Source: a bacterium
Lineage (GTDB): Bacteria > Patescibacteriota > Minisyncoccia > UBA6257 > 2-01-FULL-56-20
Length of the DNA stretch: 64,000 bases
NCBI GenBank assembly: GCA_027310625.1
Contig: DAIDAM010000002.1
Span: 1,123 to 65,122, forward strand
Direction: 5' to 3'
Part shown: in pieces, positions 36,901 through 44,797 of the stretch
Position numbering within the stretch: position 1 is the first letter of the stretch
Layout of the letters: every line of letters begins with the position of its first letter
The notes under the pieces: generated by a model
The model's input: only the letters and a program-made list of their open reading frames with translations
What the model was told of the DNA's origin: nothing
The model's database searches: none
Position numbers and translations under genes: made by a program

Positions 36901-37376
36901 ACGACATCGGCTACATTAACTTTGCAGCCGACTCCGCCGGTTCGCTGAAAGTCGGTTCGGTTACCGTCACCTTCAGCGGCGGCGCTCCGTCCAGCACGCA
37001 GTTCTGGAACACAACGACCACCGGCTACACCGGTCAGTGCTCGACGTGTTACGTGACGCTCTACGACACGGCAACTGGTGTCTCGTATTACCCCGTTGCC
37101 GAAGCTACGACTACGGCAGTGGATGGAAGCTTGACGTACGACTTCAACAACTACGTGGTCAGCACCAACAAGAGCTTCAACCTTCGCTTGAACTCCGGCC
37201 AGTCGGGAGTCCTCCAGAACGCCGGTACCAACACTCTGACGCGAAGCTTGTCGGCGACAATTTCCGCGGCAGGCAACGTGACATGGGTTGACGCGCTTGC
37301 GGGCGGCACCTCGATCGCAACGATTGTGACGAGCACCATCCCGATAAGCATCGCCAACGTCCAGTACACGTACTAA
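33969..37376 (+). CDS. Large secreted S-layer-like protein with peptidoglycan-binding domain
   Basis: Signal peptide, LQAQIASLLAQIQQLQ, FTRNLTVGSTGNDVKSLQQWLN...YFGQLTKAAVAKWQ, Ser/Thr-rich beta repeats; track ORF starts 33912. Confidence 0.8.
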   Translation: MSTSKKIVSAALTVATGVWMSGALFSVANAQSVTDLQAQIASLLAQIQQLQAQLSSAQGGTSVAAPSFTRNLTVGSTGNDVKSLQQWLNAQGYKIAASGTGSPGNETTYFGQLTKAAVAKWQAAVGISPAAGYFGPVSRAKVASMAGGTTGGTTGGTTQLPPPVSGLNVSLSPSNPAPGSLISGSARNSVLTVSLTAGTASGVTVNTLKFTKVGVISDSNIAGAYLVRNGNVVAQYQSLSNGVITFAGMNLNVAAGQTVELWLQIDVAKGVKAGNTAAFKLASASDVDSIDASGNSVNEGGAFPLTGNMFTMTEVSTPSLASIAVASSSVGTQVTAGTQNNLVGAFKFTGSDNKTWLKGVKFTVTGSANKSDIRNVKLVVNGTQAGATLASVANDGSAYFDLSSSPAAINTGANNIQVFADIMGSPSFDFKFQVLNAYDVYALDSQYNVPVTAGSASDASVTIDKGSITVTQDTTTPTGNITKGQSNVTLAKFDIYAAGEAVKVKWVDFQLDFAGLTNGTFDDVIKNVSLTDDAGGQVGSTLTSINTKATCEEVGTVASTSVQTCFGNSSSPINYTVPANTTRVLSLKGDIQSNAFFSTITASLRRSTKGNLQGLTSSQTADSGSVGGASLTFSQSALTTAANTAFGTPTYAANSTNKKVGSYSLTASSAEGVSVSNLTVKTFSTSTTPYPLQNLKVMIGSTQFGSTKASLSSNSAYAFSGTPFTVPAGSTVYIDVYADLLSSAAGTLTTATRLDSCSGSGLLSYSAVTCDGRDGSSVKIAGQPGLTISADSSNPASNQLVMGSTGNALAAFLFTETSNADSVKVTQLNIIDSVTATSSVLGSFQNLCLYQGTTNLGCSGSAQSNVASTSYLYAFNFSSPIVVPQAGSVVLTLKGDVASFISSGATDNAPHGFKFEISNETNNNTVAKMITAIGLTSNATATITTSSAVGNTMTVLRTKLTVSGATLGGSAHAKSAIDDIGYINFAADSAGSLKVGSVTVTFSGGAPSSTQFWNTTTTGYTGQCSTCYVTLYDTATGVSYYPVAEATTTAVDGSLTYDFNNYVVSTNKSFNLRLNSGQSGVLQNAGTNTLTRSLSATISAAGNVTWVDALAGGTSIATIVTSTIPISIANVQYTY

Positions 37377-37426
37377 TCTGAAACGATTGCAGCGATACCG
37401 GTTGGCGCGAGGAACGCCTGAACCGG

Positions 37427-37460
37427 AAACTAAGGGGCCCCGCAAGGGGCCTTTTAGTTT
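37427..37460 (+). terminator. Intrinsic terminator
   Basis: aaactaaggggcccc-gcaa-ggggccttttagttt. Confidence 0.75.
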
Positions 37461-37577
37461 TGATAAACATTGATAAATTTAGATAAAGATTGAGAAAGAT
37501 TGTGACGCTAATTGATTGACGAGTTGTGGCAAAAAAGATAAAAATGGATAAAAATTGATGACATAGACTTATATGAT

Positions 37578-37940
37578 TTGGAAGTTTACAAATTGAGCAA
37601 AGAAATTTCCAAAGAATGCTGGGAAATTTATAAGAAGCTTGACTGGCAAACGAGGAAAACAATCGGTGACCAGTTTATATCTGCAATTGATTCAATTGGC
37701 GCCAATGTCGCGGAGGGCTTCGGAAGGTTCCATTATTTAGACAGGAATAAATTTAACTACAACGCGCGAGGTTCGCTCTTGGAATCTTTGCATTGGGTTG
37801 ATTTGCTGAAAGACCGTGGTTTTATCAGTAAAGAAATCCATGCAAACTTGAACGGAAATTTAAGGACGCTTATGGTAAAGCTGAATAACTACATAGTTTC
37901 TACGAAGAATAAAAACAAGGAGAAAAGCAAAGTTCTCTAA
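37578..37940 (+). CDS. Four-helix-bundle protein (TIGR02436 / 23S rRNA IVP family)
   Basis: LEVYKLS...DQFISAIDSIGANVAEGFGR...FNYNARGSLLE; the upstream ATG 37544 is out of frame by 1 nt. Confidence 0.85.
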   Translation: MEVYKLSKEISKECWEIYKKLDWQTRKTIGDQFISAIDSIGANVAEGFGRFHYLDRNKFNYNARGSLLESLHWVDLLKDRGFISKEIHANLNGNLRTLMVKLNNYIVSTKNKNKEKSKVL

Positions 37941-37994
37941 CAACATTTACTCAACATTTATCTACTTTTATCTATGTTTATCTTTATTTGACTT

Positions 37995-40304
37995 ATGACC
38001 GAAAAATCATTATTCAACGCGATAAAGTTTCTCGTTTTTATAATCGTCGTCGGCGCGCCGCTTTTTTATTTTCCCTGGGGCGTTTATCCCTACACCCTTT
38101 CCAAAACTCTTTTCTTTCAGGCGGCGGTTGAAATTCTCTTTTTCCTTTGGCTCGCGCTTGTCCTCCCAAATTTTGTAAGGCAAAACTCGGGAGGACGAGC
38201 CGTTTCCAATCCGCGTTATCGTCCCAAGCCGACACCACTTTTGGTTTCGCTGGCGGTTTTTCTTTCGGTTTATTTTCTCGTCTCGCTTAACGGCATTGAT
38301 TTCTGGAAAAGTTTTTGGTCAACATACGAGCGCGGCATTGGATTTTTCGCCATGCTTCATTTCGCGGCTCTCGCCCTCGTTCTCTCCTCGCTTTATAAAG
38401 AACTTCCGTGGAGAAAAATTTTTTATTCGTCGCTCGCAACCTCGGTTATTATCGACGCCATTGCTTATGTTCAGATTTACATTCCCAATTTGCTCTTGAT
38501 TGAAAACCCCGGCTCGAGACCGGGCGCGACTTTCGGCAACCCCGGGTTCATGTCCGGATACCTCCTATTCAATATTTTTCTTTCCATTTACCTTCTCTTC
38601 TCGATTTTTCGCGAGTCCAAAGGTGTTGCGCCTCCGTTCGCAAAAATTTTTTTCATTGCTTCCGCGGGCGTGATAGACGTTGCGGCTATGTTTTTGGCTC
38701 AAACAAGAGGAGACATACTCGCTCTTGTTTTGGGCTTATTAACTCTCCTTTTCCTTTTTTGTTTCGTCCCGCCGGAAAATGCCCCCGGTTTTTTGAAGAG
38801 ACGAAGCACCTACTTATCTTTAATAATTGTTATCGTCACTTTCGCGGCAATTTTCTTTTTGACAAAAGACAATCCGTTTTGGGCGAAAGTTCCTGGACTC
38901 TCACGTTTCAGCTCCGTTTCTTTTTCGGGCGAGGGGTCGATTGCGCCGCGGTTCGCCGCCCTTCGCGCGGGATGGCAGGGATTTCTTAAAAAACCGGTTC
39001 TCGGATGGGGGCCGGAGAATTTCATGCCGATATACGACCGTAACTATGACCCGAAAGATTTAACGTCTTCGTACGAAGAAACGAGATTCGATAAGCCGCA
39101 CAATCTTTTCCTCGAATACTTGGACTCCGGCGGGATAATTCTTTTCGCGGCCTTTATTTTCCTTTTCGGAGCGGCGATTTACGAATCAATCAGACAGAAA
39201 GACAAACTTTTTCGCGCGATATTTTTGTCGGCGCTCGTTTCCTACGGCGTCAGCCAGTTTTTCTTATTTGAAACAATCGGAACGACGCTTATGCTCTATC
39301 TCTTTTTCGGCGCCGCTGACGGCGGGTTCAGAGAAAAAGACGAATCCGCATCTTTTTCGGTTGTCAAAGCCGCCGGTCAGGAAAACGCAAACGTGAACAT
39401 TTGGAGCGTGATTTTGTTTTTGGCTCTCGCCGCAATTCCGATTTACAAAATAAATTTTGAATCCCTCCGCGCTTCTTTGAACCAATACTATGCTTTCCAA
39501 TACTTTTTGCAGCAAAAGATTTTTCTCGGTCTCCGTTCCTTTGAAAAATCCGTGAGCATTTGGAGCCCCTACTCCTGGAACTTCAAACGCGATTACGCCA
39601 TCGCCGTCGCCGGACAATATTTCAATTACCCCGGAACGGTTGCCGATGAAGACGTTTTGAAAGCGGTGAAAGCGATGGAGGAAACCCGCGACGAACATCC
39701 GGCGGACGCATTCAATCATTACGCGCTCGTGAACATCTATAATGAAGTTGCCGACATAAATAAGAACGAATACACCGCGAAAGCCGAGAAGGAGGCGGAA
39801 ATTGCTCTGAAGATAAGCCCGAGAAGGCAGGAAGCTCTCTTTCTCCTCGCGAAGACGAAAACCATAAAAGGCGATTATGCCGGCGCGCTTTCAATTCTGA
39901 AAGGCGCGCTGGAAGACAATCCCAAAGTCGCCGATGCGCATTTTTACTACGGAATTGTTGCGTTCGCGACCGGCGACAAAACGACGGGCTACAACGAAGT
40001 TAAAACCGCCATTTCCATGGGGCGGGAGTGGAAAACTTTTTACGAGGCGCGCACCGCCGCGGGCTTTTTTGCCGATTCCGGACATATTGATGAGGCGCTG
40101 GAACTTTATAAAACCGCCTGGGGTATGTCGTATCAGTCCGATTTGGAAACGGAAATCAAACTGGGTGTGATCTATTTCTTCAAAGGCCAGCGCGATGTCG
40201 CTAAAACCTATCTTGAAGACGCGGTTAAAAAATTTGACGTCGCGAAAAGTCCTTCCTACGCCCAACTTGAGCCGATTTTGAAACAGCTCGGGATAAAGTT
40301 CTGA
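37995..40304 (+). CDS. O-antigen ligase family membrane protein with C-terminal TPRs
   Basis: RPGATFGNP, TRG, KPVLGWGPENF, FDKPHNLFLE, TPR-like helices. Confidence 0.85.
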   Translation: MTEKSLFNAIKFLVFIIVVGAPLFYFPWGVYPYTLSKTLFFQAAVEILFFLWLALVLPNFVRQNSGGRAVSNPRYRPKPTPLLVSLAVFLSVYFLVSLNGIDFWKSFWSTYERGIGFFAMLHFAALALVLSSLYKELPWRKIFYSSLATSVIIDAIAYVQIYIPNLLLIENPGSRPGATFGNPGFMSGYLLFNIFLSIYLLFSIFRESKGVAPPFAKIFFIASAGVIDVAAMFLAQTRGDILALVLGLLTLLFLFCFVPPENAPGFLKRRSTYLSLIIVIVTFAAIFFLTKDNPFWAKVPGLSRFSSVSFSGEGSIAPRFAALRAGWQGFLKKPVLGWGPENFMPIYDRNYDPKDLTSSYEETRFDKPHNLFLEYLDSGGIILFAAFIFLFGAAIYESIRQKDKLFRAIFLSALVSYGVSQFFLFETIGTTLMLYLFFGAADGGFREKDESASFSVVKAAGQENANVNIWSVILFLALAAIPIYKINFESLRASLNQYYAFQYFLQQKIFLGLRSFEKSVSIWSPYSWNFKRDYAIAVAGQYFNYPGTVADEDVLKAVKAMEETRDEHPADAFNHYALVNIYNEVADINKNEYTAKAEKEAEIALKISPRRQEALFLLAKTKTIKGDYAGALSILKGALEDNPKVADAHFYYGIVAFATGDKTTGYNEVKTAISMGREWKTFYEARTAAGFFADSGHIDEALELYKTAWGMSYQSDLETEIKLGVIYFFKGQRDVAKTYLEDAVKKFDVAKSPSYAQLEPILKQLGIKF

Positions 40305-40311
40305 TCGTTAT

Positions 40312-40440
40312 GGACTTTGTACGAAAACACGCTATCAATTTCCCCAGCGAGGAAATTGCGCTCTCGCTCGGCCTCGCTCGTCCGCCCGGGGCGGACACCA
40401 TGCCCGCTCGGCCTGCGCGGAGGTTTTCTTAACAAAGTCC
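40312..40440. repeat. Structured intergenic element related to 31193-31351
   Basis: Terminal IR ggactttgt / acaaagtcc; the same internal motifs. Confidence 0.55.
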
Positions 40441-40617
40441 GTCACGGACTCTGGGTATTGGTGTTTTGGGGCGAATTTGCTATACTTATTCCGACGAGCG
40501 AGGATGCAAAATGAAAAAGTTTTCATTTTGTCCGAGCGCTGTCGGAGCAAGAGGTTTGAAAAACCTCTTAACCGCAATAGGAAAACAAAAGGTCGGTTAA
40601 TATTCCAACAAATTTAA

Positions 40618-40893
40618 ATGACAAAAGACGGATTGATTGAGGCAGTGATGAAGGCTGCAGGCCTTGAAACGAAGGCGCAGGCTCACCGCCTCGTGGAAGC
40701 GGTGTTTGACACCATCGTAAAGACAATGGGCCGCGGCGAGGATGTGGCAATAACCGGCTTCGGAACTTTCCGGGTGGCGAAAAGAGCCGCTCGTCAGGGA
40801 CGCAACCCCAAAACCGGCGAGACCATTCAAATCGCGGCTTCGGTTAAGCCGAAGTTCCGCGCCGGAAAAGTTTTGAAGGAAGCGGTGAAGTAA
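40618..40893 (+). CDS. hup: DNA-binding protein HU
   Basis: MTKDGLIEAV...ITGFGTFRV...RQGRNPKTGETIQIAA...PKFRAGK. Confidence 0.95.
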   Translation: MTKDGLIEAVMKAAGLETKAQAHRLVEAVFDTIVKTMGRGEDVAITGFGTFRVAKRAARQGRNPKTGETIQIAASVKPKFRAGKVLKEAVK

Positions 40894-40906
40894 GCAGGTT
40901 TTTAGA

Positions 40907-40940
40907 AAACAAAAAATCCCCAAAAAGGGATTTTTTGTTT
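40907..40940 (+). terminator. Bidirectional intrinsic terminator
   Basis: A-tract plus TCCC stem, short loop, GGGA plus T-tract, between convergent genes. Confidence 0.75.
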
Positions 40941-41023
40941 CGCCGATTGATGCCGATACGGCTGATTTGTGCTGATTAAAAATACATCGGCATCCATCAG
41001 CTTAAATCCGCATAAATCAGCGG

Positions 41024-41782
41024 CTATTTAGATGCTGACATTATTTTCCCCGTTTCCTCGCCGATGCTGAAAAAGTTTCCGTAGGCGTTCTTCAGATATT
41101 CAAGAGAAGAAATCATCAAATCGTAAGCGTTGTTCGGCCAGATGAGATTTTTGAATATTTCTCCCGCCTGATTGTTTTTCTCCTTTGCAAGTTTGAGGTT
41201 TTTGTCGGCTTCCTGCAGTAATTCCCTTACGCGCTGATTCTCCGATAATTCCAAAACTTTCAGCGACAAATTTATCTGATTGAATCTGTTTTCTGTGGTT
41301 TGAATTATGTCCTGATTTTTTACGAATATCGCAAAGTTATTGCTTAGATCCACAATCGGGTCATAATTTGAGTTGCGCCAACTCTTGAGGTTTGCAGAAA
41401 AAATTTTACTTCCTCCGATTCCCAAATCGCCGATGAGGTTTTTTTGGATTTGATAATAAGCAATTATTTCTCCGAACCTCGAAGCAATTCTATCTCTGGT
41501 TGTTTTTATTTCGCCATCATCGGTTTTTATGGATTTTACTTTTGACTGGAACTTCGACGCTTCGTTTGAAGCGCAGTCCATGACCTTGTATAGATACGAC
41601 TTTCTGAAATCAAGTTCGTTTTTTATGTCCTCCGCCCTGCCGCTTTCGGAAATGCCGCTTACTTCTGAAAATTTTTTCAAGTCGTCCTTAAAATCGCAAA
41701 CGTCCGTTGCGCCGGCGCGGACGATGTACAAGAGAGCCGCCGCCAAAATTGCCGCGGCGCTTATTTTTGACTTTTTTTGCAT
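41024..41782 (-). CDS. Hypothetical secreted helical protein
   Basis: Signal peptide, coiled-coil character. Confidence 0.7.
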   Translation of the reverse strand: MQKKSKISAAAILAAALLYIVRAGATDVCDFKDDLKKFSEVSGISESGRAEDIKNELDFRKSYLYKVMDCASNEASKFQSKVKSIKTDDGEIKTTRDRIASRFGEIIAYYQIQKNLIGDLGIGGSKIFSANLKSWRNSNYDPIVDLSNNFAIFVKNQDIIQTTENRFNQINLSLKVLELSENQRVRELLQEADKNLKLAKEKNNQAGEIFKNLIWPNNAYDLMISSLEYLKNAYGNFFSIGEETGKIMSASK

Positions 41783-41785
41783 CGC

Positions 41786-42244
41786 TTATTTAGAAAGCTC
41801 AAGAAGCGCTGTGTCTATTATTTCATCGGTGGTTGAGGTGTTGGAAAGAGTGTCCGCCTTCTTTACGGGGGCTTTTGTGCCGCGGATAACCATTCTTACC
41901 GTGCTTGTTTTGTTTTCAAGCGAGGAGTAATTGATGTTTGTGAGCTGGATTTGCGCGTCTATCACCTCTGCCTCCGCTCTTAAGCCGGCGACGTCAACCA
42001 CAGCCGTGGTTGCGGGAGAAATGATTGTTTTCAACGCGGAAAAGCTTCCTATTGCAAGCAAAAGAAGAACCGCCGCCAGAGCCATTGACCATCCGGAGCG
42101 GAAAACCCCTGCAGCAATGTCTTTTATTGAAAATGAAAAACTTTGCCTCTGCCTTTGGCTTAAAATAATCGCCTTGGACTTTCTTGAATAGTCGCTGTCC
42201 GGCGCAACATTTTTCAGTTTTTTCAAAATCTCATTTAGTTCCAT
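41786..42244 (-). CDS. Putative anti-sigma-like membrane protein
   Basis: Single TM, overlaps the ECF sigma stop; the function is inferred from position. Confidence 0.55.
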   Translation of the reverse strand: MELNEILKKLKNVAPDSDYSRKSKAIILSQRQRQSFSFSIKDIAAGVFRSGWSMALAAVLLLLAIGSFSALKTIISPATTAVVDVAGLRAEAEVIDAQIQLTNINYSSLENKTSTVRMVIRGTKAPVKKADTLSNTSTTDEIIDTALLELSK

Positions 42245-42788
42245 GTTTTTCCTTGACGTGTTTTTTTAGTTCTTTCATCGCGCGGTGCTGCATCAGTTTT
42301 ACCGCTCCCTCGCTTTTGTTTACCGCCGCGGCCGTTTCCTTCACGGATAAATCTTCAATGAATCTCATTATCAGAACCTCCTGATAATCTTCTTTAAGTT
42401 CCCTTATCGCTTCGACGACTTTTTCAAGCCACATTCTTTCTTCCAGGTTCTTTTCAACGCTTTCCGAGCTCGGGTCGGATATGTTCTCTGCGTCCGCGCT
42501 TTCCAGTCCGAGTTCAATCTTTTTCGTGCGGTATCTGTCTATTATTTGATTCTTTGCGATTCTGTACAACCAGCTTGAAAAGGGGAATCCGAGATTTTTG
42601 TAGCTTTTGATGTTCTGCCAGGCGTTCAGGAAAACCTGGTGCGTGAGGTCCTCGGCGTCCTCACGACGGCCCACTTTGATTAGCACGAACCGGTATATTT
42701 TCGGCTGATAATAATCATAAAGGAGGCCGAAAGCCGAGGCCTCACCCCTGACGGCGTTTTCAACGAGTTTTATTTCGCCATCCAACAT
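42231..42788 (-). CDS. ECF-type RNA polymerase sigma factor
   Basis: DAEDLTHQVFLNAW, FSSWLYRIAKN, LSVKETA...SEGAVKLMQHRA; track ORF starts 42824. Confidence 0.92.
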   Translation of the reverse strand: MLDGEIKLVENAVRGEASAFGLLYDYYQPKIYRFVLIKVGRREDAEDLTHQVFLNAWQNIKSYKNLGFPFSSWLYRIAKNQIIDRYRTKKIELGLESADAENISDPSSESVEKNLEERMWLEKVVEAIRELKEDYQEVLIMRFIEDLSVKETAAAVNKSEGAVKLMQHRAMKELKKHVKEKHGTK

Positions 42789-42901
42789 AGAAAACGATAT
42801 AAAAAGCGGCCGGTTACTGGCCATGCAGGATATTATACTAAAACAGAGTTTGAATTAGTCAAAACCTAAGTGCCGTTGCGTAAGATTAGCGACAATTTTT
42901 G

Positions 42902-42972
42902 AGCGGGTGAAGGGAATTGAACCCTCGTCTTATCCATGGCAAGGATATGTATTGCCACTATACTACACCCGC
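42902..42972 (-). tRNA. tRNA-Gly(GCC)
   Basis: Cloverleaf gcgggtg...tatcc-ttGCCat-ggata...ggttcaattcc...cacccgct. Confidence 0.93.
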
Positions 42973-43017
42973 ATTCGCGAATTTCATTCTACATTCTATA
43001 TTCCAAATTCTCAACTA

Positions 43018-43275
43018 TCAGTAACTCGGCGGGTTTGTCGGAGGTCCGATGAATCCTTCGCCGGGTTTTATTTTCGGCGGACCCTGAAAATTCGTCTGCT
43101 TCTGATTTTTGTTTGTTGAAGTTGAAGCAGCCGAACTGTTATATTGCACGTTATTTTTTTTCAAATCAGGACCCTCTTTTTGATTCTGAGCGATTCCGAG
43201 AATCACATTTGAAATGAAATAAAAAAACGCCACCGTCAGCGCAATAAAAACTGCAAGAAGATAAGTTGTTTTCAT
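43018..43275 (-). CDS. Small membrane-anchored hypothetical protein
   Basis: MKTTYLLAVFIALTVAFFYF...; lies between two tRNAs; the track start overlaps tRNA-Arg. Confidence 0.55.
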   Translation of the reverse strand: MKTTYLLAVFIALTVAFFYFISNVILGIAQNQKEGPDLKKNNVQYNSSAASTSTNKNQKQTNFQGPPKIKPGEGFIGPPTNPPSY

Positions 43276-43281
43276 TTTTTG

Positions 43282-43354
43282 CGTCCCCGACAGGATTTGA
43301 ACCTGTGGCCTCCAGGTCCGCAACCTGGCGCTCTATCCCCTGAGCTACGAGGAC
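43282..43354 (-). tRNA. tRNA-Arg(GCG)
   Basis: gtcctcg-tagctcaggggatagagc-g-ccagg-ttGCGga-cctgg...ggttcaaatcc...cggggacg. Confidence 0.92.
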
Positions 43355-43393
43355 AATGTTGTAATTGTAAAGTGAAATTTTAGTGCGGGGCAA

Positions 43394-43492
43394 GCAATCT
43401 CGCATTCTACCTGCCCCGCACTGAACCTTGCTCTGGTGCGGGGTCCGTTGCCCGCCGAAGGCGGATCCGCCTCTGGCGGAAACTATGAGGGC
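43394..43492 (-). pseudogene. Possible 5' half of a tRNA gene interrupted by palindromic insertions
   Basis: Removing two hairpins leaves GCCCTCA TA GTTC AACGGA..TA GAAT G CGAGA TTGC. Confidence 0.4.
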
Positions 43493-43544
43493 CTAGAGAA
43501 TTTTTAACCCAAATTTCCATCGGATACAAGGACCTTCTACAACC

Positions 43545-44012
43545 TCAGAACCTTACCAGTTTTTCAAGAGAATCAAAAAAGGATTCTTCAATTTCGGATT
43601 TTTTGACAACCGGAACGAGAACTTTTTCCGCTTCTTCCACAAGATTGGAAGGTATCCTTGTTCTCAGAAGCGGCCGTAAACCGCGGCTGAACTTGAAAGA
43701 TATTTCCGACCATGCGTCGCCGTTCTCCATTACATTGAAAGCTTCAATTCTTGAGTAGGGGTAGAATTTTTTTTCGTCCACAGTGACTCCTTTTTCGTCA
43801 ATCCTGAATTTTACCGTGCGCGGTTTCTTTCCTGCCCAGACAAGAATCAATATTTCAGCGATAACTATGAAAACCGAGAACAAAAAATTTTTTTGCCAAA
43901 TCGAGGCGCTTAAAAGAATTACCGCGACGATGACGCTCAGCCAGTACCAGGAAATGCCTTTCTCGCTGTATTCAAATTCGGGCGCGGACCACTCCACTTC
44001 AACTTTCTTCAT
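43545..44012 (-). CDS. Hypothetical membrane protein (two TMs plus PH-like domain)
   Basis: EWSAPEFEY, WYW, two TMs, IDEKGVTVD. Confidence 0.7.
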   Translation of the reverse strand: MKKVEVEWSAPEFEYSEKGISWYWLSVIVAVILLSASIWQKNFLFSVFIVIAEILILVWAGKKPRTVKFRIDEKGVTVDEKKFYPYSRIEAFNVMENGDAWSEISFKFSRGLRPLLRTRIPSNLVEEAEKVLVPVVKKSEIEESFFDSLEKLVRF

Positions 44013-44022
44013 TGAAAGAATT

Positions 44023-44739
44023 TTAACTCCCGGCGACAGCGAGAGCAACTATTTTTTTCGCGCCCGCTTTTTTGAGGGATGTTGCCGCTTCGAAAAACGT
44101 CGCCCCCGACGTTGAAACATCGTCAATTAAAACGATTTTTCTGCCCCTGAATTTTTCCGGCGCGGCAACTGCGAAACACCCCGACACGTTTTCAATGCGT
44201 TCTTTCAGGTTTTTCATTTCGCTTTGCTGTTTTGTCTCTTTTGAGCGGATAAAACCATTACTTTCAATTTCAAGCGAAAATTTTTTTGAAAATATTTCCG
44301 CAATGAGAAACGACTGATTGAATCCCCGCTTTCTCATTCGCGCTTTTCCGAGCGGAACCGGGACGACAAGCATGTCGTTTTCGGGCAGATTGAGGTTCTC
44401 CGCGTAAGAGACGAGCAATTCTCCGAGCGGTTTTGCCGCATCTTTTCTGAATCCGAATTTCAATTCGCGGACGAGGCCGTTTATCGCGGGATTTTTATAC
44501 TGCGCCGCGATTCCAAGAATGTACGGAAAATCCTTGTGACATATTTTTGACGATTCCGGAAAGCGGGCGCGGCACTCGCCGCAGAAAAGCGAACCATTGA
44601 GATGTATATTTCCCATGCACCGCCTGCAGATAATTTCCTTTCCCTCCATCGCTTCCTCGCATGAAACGCACAAAGCGGGGAACAAAATGTTCAGAACGGA
44701 GTCCGAAACAAAACTTAATAAATTTTTGATTCCACTCAT
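44023..44739 (-). CDS. comF: ComF family protein (zinc ribbon plus PRTase)
   Basis: LFPALCVSC...CRRC, VPVPL, RGFNQS, LIDDVSTSGAT. Confidence 0.9.
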   Translation of the reverse strand: MSGIKNLLSFVSDSVLNILFPALCVSCEEAMEGKEIICRRCMGNIHLNGSLFCGECRARFPESSKICHKDFPYILGIAAQYKNPAINGLVRELKFGFRKDAAKPLGELLVSYAENLNLPENDMLVVPVPLGKARMRKRGFNQSFLIAEIFSKKFSLEIESNGFIRSKETKQQSEMKNLKERIENVSGCFAVAAPEKFRGRKIVLIDDVSTSGATFFEAATSLKKAGAKKIVALAVAGS

Positions 44740-44797
44740 TTTTGTTCAATCGGCGCAACCGTTTGGCTCGTGGTATAATCACTTTGAATTATAGAAC

